64,000 nt of DNA from positions 10,850,001 to 10,914,000 of the forward strand of contig JAQFVV010000007.1 of the NCBI GenBank assembly GCA_028023455.1. The letters run 5' to 3'. The position numbers and the translations under genes are program-made. Position 1 is the first letter of the stretch, and each line of letters opens with the position of its first letter. This stretch comes from Epiperipatus broadwayi (Eukaryota; Animalia; Onychophora). Positions 56,020 to 64,000 of the stretch are shown here, in pieces. The notes below the pieces were generated by a model. That model had not been told where the DNA came from, did not search any database, and saw only the letters and a program-made list of their open reading frames with translations.

Positions 56020-58224
56020 TGGAATTATAGTTAGAGATAGTGAATACTAACTACTCTGACGTTTATGTAAACAAAACATACGCTTGATTGGCAGTCTTGG
56101 TAGGACGCCATCTGTGGACATAAATACAAGCGTTAGCAAGTTTTTTAACTTGCATTTTTGTTTATCATATATATATATAATATTGTTTGATCATGTTAAA
56201 TAATATCTTTTTCAGACTTTATAAAATTAAAAGATGGATCATATATTGAACCAGAAGCTATCAATATTATGAGAATTTATTTTAATATTAATTGTGTTTG
56301 GAAGCTGCCTTTCAATATGGGTAACTTTGTGTGTATTTATGTGTTTGAGATGTTTGCGTTTTTCACTCAGAAAGTTTGTTTGTTTAATAGGTGAGGACAT
56401 GTTTGTGATAAAGAAAATTTTGTATTTTATTGGTATTTTTATTGCTACCTTTACTTTAAGATTGATATATTGTTAGTCAGTGTTGTATACTCATATAACA
56501 AAATACATGTATATCAAAAATATTCACAAAATGTTAATAGTTGAGTGCTCTTTCAATACAATAAATTAGAGTCATTGCAAATAACTGTTAAAAAAATATT
56601 TAATGAGTGAAATTCTAGAGGATGCTCAGGTGAATACTACTAAATTTTTGATTTATAATATTATTATAATTAGTGATGTATCAAACATCTTTTTTTCTAT
56701 GCTCACTACATACTACATTGGATTTTTGAGACAATAGTTCTGTTCAGTATATTTCTTATGCCCAAGAGAACATAATTAAGATGAGAGTTAGATTTAGATT
56801 TTTTACACTGATAGATGATCTGACCTCAGTTTCATCTTAGTAAATAGCTGGAATGATCAAGTCCCTCACTTGTAATAGAGCATATAATTTCCTGCTTTCT
56901 AAAAGTATATACAATAAACACTTACTATAGTTAATACTTACTGAATTTTGAATACAATTCTTAACATTTCTGCTTCCTATTTTTCTCAACCTTCATTGAA
57001 AACTTGTAATGTAAAGAAATGTGTGATACAGGATACATAACAGTCCTTACATTTAAAGACTTTACAACTATATTTATTACAATTTTTGAAAACCCATTTA
57101 AAGGTTTTAAACATTATTTATTCTTATATTTAATTTTACACTGCAAATTCTGAATTTTCATTTAAAAATATATATCATTTTACTCTTGTGTCATTGGAGT
57201 CTACTGAAAAATTAATTTGCAGATTAGTTTTTCTCTAAACAATATTAAAGCTTCACCCAAGTTTGAAATCATGTTATCTACATGTTTGGTAAATAATCTA
57301 ACCACTGCACCATGAGCCTTTTGATAAGAATTGGTTATGTACAAATGTGAGAAATACTTGTTATTGTAGGCCATATTTAAAATTATTCCATTAAAAATTA
57401 TTTTGCTTTTCTGTGTACAAATTCAACTAATACTTTTGATTTTATAAGATTATATTTGACATGAATTACTACTACAATCCTGTTAGAGCTTGAACACTTT
57501 TCTGGATTTTTTTAATCAAACTTTCTTTTTTTTCCCTGTGGAATCCACCCTTTGACCAACTTACTCATCCATTTAATACTGACTAATCGTTTCCTGTTAT
57601 CAAGGTTTCATTACCAGGTTAATGAAGATTTGGGTAGGGGAAAATGTTAGAAAATATATATTAAGTTCATTAGAAAAAGGAAAATAGAGTAATTAAGCAG
57701 TTGAATATAAAATCATCAAAACATTATATGATTTCTCGCTGCACATTACTTTTAAGTAATCAATCTATTTTTTCTTCTTCTGGTTTGTAACATTGTGTTA
57801 GATGATGAAAACCATAAGCAAGAAATTAGTCTGGGGATTTGAATAAACAAAACTAGAAATATTTAATAAGCAATACATTTGCAATGTATTAATTATACAA
57901 GGTGATATAAAGGAACAAAAGTGGAATAGGAAGAATATATTAGATACCTATAGACTGTAGAACACCAAAACTAGGCAACAACTCTCAGTGCTAACTTTAT
58001 AGTCCTTTGTTGCTCTCTTAATGCAGTTCATTTTAGAATTACAGTTTTAGAACTAAATCATAAATTTTAATACATTTTGATATTATTTGTAATCAAACAG
58101 TTGTTGGAAAGGTCATCTGATGTTTGAGTATCTGCAACACATTGACCTTCAATCCAGAATCATTATATCATATGTTAGTTACCATATTATGCAGCCTAAT
58201 TACTTGTTACACATCATTTACATA

Positions 58225-58620
58225 CATCATTATCATTATTTTCAACCATTACCATTCTTCTACAGAATCAAAGGCTTATCAAATTTAATCCACTTTCTTC
58301 GATCTTCAGCCTTTTTCTCCATATTACACTTGCAAACTCATTTATTTCATCCATTTGTCTTACATGTGACTTTTTTCTAGGTTGTTTGCAGTCTCTTGGG
58401 ATCAAGTTTAAATCTTCACTTGTCCACGTATTATCATCTCTCCTAGCAATATATTGCAGCACAATTTTATTTCAGTGTCTTAATTCTTTCAATGATATCA
58501 CGAAGATCTGTTTATTCTCTCATCAATGTTTTTCGTTTTCGATCTCTTCTTGTTGCTCCTAACATACATTTTCTTACAATTTAAGTGTTCTGAAGTCTCT
58601 GCACTACTCTTCCTTTAAAT
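58225..58620 (-). mobile_element. RTE-clade LINE 3' fragment
   Basis: CMLGATRRDRKR...DIIERIKTLK / YIARRDDNTWT...PRDCKQPR...DEINEFASVIWRKKAEDRRKW, followed by a (GAT/AAT)-like tail. Confidence 0.88.
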
Positions 58621-60491
58621 GTCTAATTTTTAGATTCATAATAAAAAACTGAAATAAAATACATTTATTAAAAACAAAACGAAACATTTATTTATATATG
58701 AAAAGTTATAGATTAGAAATATTGCATTAAATACATTTTTAGATCGATAAAAGGTTTTGTTTTAAATTTATTTCAGAAATTGGGAATTTGATTATTAAAG
58801 TATTTCGAAACCAGTTTTTAGAACTGCTTTTTTATATTGTTGTTATTTCTGTGTAAATATTACATAGACCTTTTTCAATTTCTGCGGTAACGTTTGTATC
58901 TACATCAAAACAAATAAACATTAATTAAGCGTTAGTTTGTTTCCTTCCCTCCATTTCTTTTCCTTAAAACTAATTTTATTAAAAGCTTCAATTTTGTAAA
59001 AATAAGAAAAAGAAAAAAATATTGGCAAGAATTAGATTTTTTTTTTTGTGGTGGAAATATAATTATACTAATTTTGATAAGATAGGAAATGCAAGGAGAG
59101 AGAGAGAGAGAGAAAAAAAGTAGAATTAAAATAAAAAATTACCTTCACGTAAAAATTAATTATGATAAAAAAAAAAAGACAAATAAACAGAAATAATTTA
59201 AATTAGTACAATTTTGCCAACTTTACATTTAATTAATTCAAATAAAATGTAATCATTTTTCAAAACAATCACTAATGAAGTGTTTTTTTGAAGAGGAGGT
59301 TGGCGTGACAAATTACCGACTCAAATCTACCAATGATGAAAGTTAAAATAACGCATATTTTTCTGTTTAATATTAATATATATATATTGATCCTACACAC
59401 AGAATAGAAACACAGTTGTTTTTGCATTGATTTTCAGCACAAAATGAAAAATACTCTGTTTAATCAATTAATGGAGTTGTTGTGCTCAATCTATCATTTG
59501 AATGTGTTAACGTCACATGACTCATGAGAAATTAACCATGTGAATTTTATTAGTACATATTTTGTTATATGCATTGCAATTAAGTGTATAATATATATTT
59601 TCTAGCAATATTCATATGTTAGATGTCTATATATGTTCCACCCAAAAGGAAATTTATTGTACAAGGCAGTATTACTGTCAAAACATTTATTACTAGTAAT
59701 AGCTACCATCGTTTGCCACCATTTATCACATTTTACTCTGGTTTTTCATATTTACGCTGAACCATGAACTTCTATTAGCTTGGAGTTTGAATCCTAACCA
59801 TGGAATAGGATAGTGTTATGTAGAAAGACCTTGTGGTATAATGACAGCATCATCTTCTGCCATGCCCTACAACTAGGGTTCAAAACCAAACCATGTAAAT
59901 ATTAAAATGTTTTTAAGTTTCTAAATAAAGTAAGGATTTTCTATTCAGGATGAATAACTAATTATTCACTATTGGTCCAAAAATGTACAGTGAACTGTCT
60001 TTACTAGTGAACTGTCCTTACTAAAGAGTAAAGCAAATATTTACCATCATCTCCTCAGCACTGAATAATACTTACTTCTTCACTGTTATTATCAACATCA
60101 CACCAGCAACATCTGTAGAAGAGTAGAGAATTATACTACTCAAAACATTGTGCATTTACTTCTTCACTATTGAAGATATGTTATCTTGCAATTATATTTT
60201 TAAAACTTGTTTTATTTTTGATTACTGTATATACAAATAGCAAGATATATATTTATCAGTATGGATATATGAAGATAATAAAGGTTCCATCAGATTTTAG
60301 ATATCCTATTTATGACAATCACTATTTGAAGGCAGGTATAGCTTGGGTATTTCTAATAATTTTCATCTTCAGTATTTTGACAAAGTGTAGAAGAATAAAA
60401 TAAATAAATGCTATTTATTAATTTAAAAATATAACTGAAATGACTAAAACTATAGTCTTCAAAAAACAAAAAAAAAACAATGCTGATCACT

Positions 60492-60994
60492 TGATTACTC
60501 TGGCTTGCACTGAGTGGCACTACTGTATGGACAGTTTTGTCTGTTTTAATAACAGTTATGAGAAAGCATAAGAAATGATCATCATGTGATGTTTGATGAT
60601 TTAATACCAATCCTGTCTAGTAGGATAGTGGTGGCTATGATTATTAAAGAACCAAAGACACCAAAATGTATGGGTACTGAACTGAGTTCAGACCTATATG
60701 ACTATATAAGCTAATGAGTTTAGATTGAAAATGTTATTGTGTTTTCAATTTTATCTCATAGTTGTGTAGTTAAATAGAGATAAAAGGTGTCTCCTGGAGA
60801 GTTGCTTTAAATCTTAAGATCTAGGTGCAGTGCTCTCAGATGCAAGGCCCCTCACTGACAAATGCCAGAAACTATTCTGGGAATATTGGATGAGTAGGCA
60901 TTAGATAGAGATTTTATACATAAGCTGGTATCCATTGGTTACTCTGGCTTGCACTGAGTGGCACTACTGTATGAAGAGTTATGCCTGTTTTAAT
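60492..60994 (+). mobile_element. Family D (444-bp HHR repeat), 1.1 tandem units
   Basis: TTACTCTGGCTTGCACTGAGTGGCACTACTGTATG recurs at 60495 and 60939 (period 444); degenerate HHR at 60849-60881. Confidence 0.85.
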
Positions 60995-62111
60995 GCTGGT
61001 CACTGCTAATAAGTAGAATTATTTGTAAAGAATAAGTACAAACTACATGCTTTCTTTCAATATTTGATGTTATTATAAAGTGGCATACTCTGAGTTCAAA
61101 ATTAGAGGATTGTGGATCATCTTTGTCACTTCCAGAGCTTTAACTTCTTATGAACTTGGGAGCCTTAATCATTGTTTTAGTAGTAGTGGTGACATTTTTG
61201 AAATAATTTTAAACAAGAAGAATTGTATCAAATTCATTTACACAATTTACTTTCATCTTTAGTCAATTCTCATATAATTCCTGAACTGAAATAAGATATG
61301 AGAAAAAAGATAAAAAGGAAATGAATTTTGTGACTATGATATGACCCAATCTATTCTAGTCCTTTTAGTCTGATTATTTTATATTTTATAATGCTGTCTT
61401 TGGACTTTTCTACCAACTCTTCAACACCTTGTCTAATTGCTGTTCTTCATCATCATTCTACCTCAGCCTTACCCTAATAGCCATTACAATTACACAGATT
61501 TATGTTTAATCTTTAAAATGGTCTATTTATGTGTTTCCATTATGTTAAGTATTAGTTTTTAAAAATAATTCTAGGGAATGATAATGGATTCCAGATTCTG
61601 GAGTCCAAGATCTTTGGATAGCAACATCTACTCTGACATATTTGGTGCTTAAACTTTCTGTCAATTCTCAAGCAATAAACCAGTTGATATTGTGTTTTCT
61701 GAAGATTTGTGATAATGATATTTTAGTTGTATTTATATTTTGGACTATTTTCATTATCTAACATTAATTGTCTTTGGAAAAATTCAAACTTTATTTTTAA
61801 ACTTTTCAAATACATTCAGACTGTTGGTAATAGCACACTGTGTGCTAGTACTAACAATTGAATACAATTAGAACATTTAAATAACGTTAATTTTTTTAAA
61901 GACATTCAATACTTAATAGTCGATGATGAAAATAGTATAACATGTAAATACAGTTGATTATTGTTTTCATTAAAAAATAAAAATATTGAAAAAGATGGAA
62001 ATCAGTAATGGTGGTCTGGTTTTACCACTTGACCATATCTTGCTACTCAATTTTCAGATTTCTGAGAATTTACTATACTGATATATATAATTAATTGTAG
62101 TATATACTATA

Positions 62112-62170
<59 letters not shown>

Positions 62171-62689
62171 TTGTAGTATTATAAGAAGTAGTGAATAGAG
62201 AAATCTTCATCACCATTATCAGATTGTAAAGGCAATTCCTTTTCATTGCAGCTTCATTATTCTATCTTGAACAATTCGTTTTATATTTGCATATGTAAAA
62301 CATTAAATTTCTTAAAAGTCACTTTTCCATTCCTTCCAATGGTTTTCTGTCTAGCTTTCCCAAAGATCAAGTTCCACAACTATCAGTCAATATACTCCAA
62401 GTGAAAGTTTAAAATATTCTATTCTTTTGTATCAATATTTTTATTTAATAGTAAAATTCTTTAATTTTGAAAAATATGTTTAGCTAACATTATTCTCTTT
62501 TTAATATCAACAAGACAATCTCTATCATTAGAAATCATACTTTCCAGCAAGAAAAATTCCCTAATTAGTTCTAAATGTATACTATTTATCTACATATCAG
62601 TCAGTCTTTCTATCACCTACTTCTTTATTAACATTCATATTTCATTTAAAAGATTCTAAATATATATTCAATATCTTAAGCATTTTATA

Positions 62690-62930
62690 AATTCAATTTA
62701 TCCACTCTATTTTGAACACTTTTTAGCAATACAAATTTTATTTTCCATATATGCATACACAATCTCACATTTCGATTGTCCTGCAGTCTTCTTCAGAACT
62801 TTCAGAACTGGACAGTCAAAATAAATTTTGCATGTATACATGTACAATAAAAGATGTATTTCTAAAAAGTGTTCAAAGTAGAGTGAATAAATTGCATATA
62901 TATATAAGATATTACAGCAAAATAAAAAGT
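62690..62930. mobile_element. Family E second inverted insertion
   Basis: Minus-strand core CTGAAGA-A-GACTG-CAGGA-CAATC-GAAA at 62770-62796; shares TAAAAAGTGTTCAAAGT and AATAAATTGCA with 34050-34085. Confidence 0.78.
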
Positions 62931-64000
62931 GATAAATTTGTTAATCTTAAGCATTTTATTCATTTTTTTTTGAGTCTGCAAATAATGGTATATTATTCAC
63001 TTAACAAATATAATGAATATGCCTAACATTAATTTTAATATCTTTAGTTTTCTTTTCTATAATTCTTGTTATGTTTTTAATAAATAAATCAAATAATCAG
63101 GGGGATACTGGAAAGTCTCTACTTATATTGACATTAGTTTTGTGACTATTTATAACTATTTCTGCATTTTGTCAATTGTATAAATTTTAGAACAGTAAAA
63201 TTACATAATTAAACCAGTAGAGATAACATGGAAATCAAGTAACAAATTCACACAATAAATAAAGAAATCAAAATAAAAAATCAAATGCTGTGCACATTAA
63301 AAGTTATTACTAACTTTATTTAGTAATCCAAGTCATAAAATATAATACTGTAAAATGAAAACTAATCTTAACAAATAAATATTTAAACATATGTGCATGT
63401 GTAAGAGCAATTCACATATGCAATACAAGCAATCTCTTATCACTTTAACATATATTTCACATATTCTAAAATATTGTTCAGGTCCAAGAAATTAATCTAA
63501 ACTTGTCTCAGTGAATGAGCTGAATGGGATGTGATTAATATGTTACCAAACACTAATTATAAAAATGAATATTCATTTTGATATGAATTTATGAATAGAA
63601 GTTGCAAGATATATCCAGTGGTGAAAAATGTCAGCATATAAAAAAGGGTCATTTATACAATTTTCAGAATAATTTCAGGTTGAGTTTTGACAAGTAACTG
63701 TTAAAATTAAATAATTCTTAGCATGATTGTAAGCTAAAGAATTTATTTATTTTTAGTTAATACTTCATTTATTCCCAAATGGTTTTAGATTTAAGCTTCA
63801 ATTTTACAATTAACCAAAAACTGAAAAAGAAAAATGTAATGGGAATTAAATTGCTTTTCACATTGTGTTCAATTTTATTAATTAAACCCATTATTATCTG
63901 AGAATTGACTGTAAAATAAAAAACAGCTAATAAAGTAGTAAATAATGCTAAATTCAATCAAGATAAGATTAAATCTGGATAAGACCATTACTTGAAGGTA

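Larger units (their letters stand above)
53758..56168. repeat. Tandem and inverted array of a ~408-bp HHR-containing unit (family C, retrozyme-like) inserted in (TA)n
   Basis: Units start at 53758, 54166 and 54569 (periods 408 and 403). Inversion junction at ~54760-54776, then ~3.5 units in opposite orientation up to 56168. (TA)n on both flanks. Confidence 0.95.

Noticed and set aside
53758-56168. Family C array as a CRISPR array or as coding repeats
   Set aside because: Eukaryotic context, 408-bp units without unique spacers, and no ATG-led ORF with a known motif. The many 1-nt deletions in the middle copies look like unpolished long-read error, so copy number and per-copy variants are uncertain.
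63769-63957. Signal-peptide-like ORF
   Set aside because: It starts at a non-ATG codon, and the hydrophobicity reflects T-rich sequence.

Overview
Very AT-rich, CpG-depleted eukaryotic DNA, most likely an invertebrate animal, intronic or intergenic. No intact host gene can be supported. The window is a mosaic of mobile elements. These include a decayed Penelope-like retroelement (PLE: RT + GIY-YIG, minus strand, ~36.9-43.2 kb) split by a 2.7-kb insertion, a 2-kb hAT (Charlie-like) transposon with TIRs and TSD, RTE and other LINE remnants, three tRNA-SINE families, MITEs and microsatellites. The main result is a set of minimal type I hammerhead ribozyme (HHR) motifs in five repeat families. 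Three of them (A, C, D) are non-coding ~408-444 bp units that occur as tandem or circularly permuted monomers. Each has one HHR with its own covarying stem I and its own palindromic loop 3 (ATGCAT, ATCATGAT, ACTAGT). Family C forms a young 2.4-kb tandem and inverted array inserted in a (TA)n tract. Almost all of these insertions share the PLE's 3'-ends-outward inverted geometry. This suggests several ribozyme-processed, possibly circular-RNA-forming, retrozyme-like families mobilised by PLE proteins. HHRs in PLEs and retrozymes are known in general. Whether these particular families are new needs a database search.
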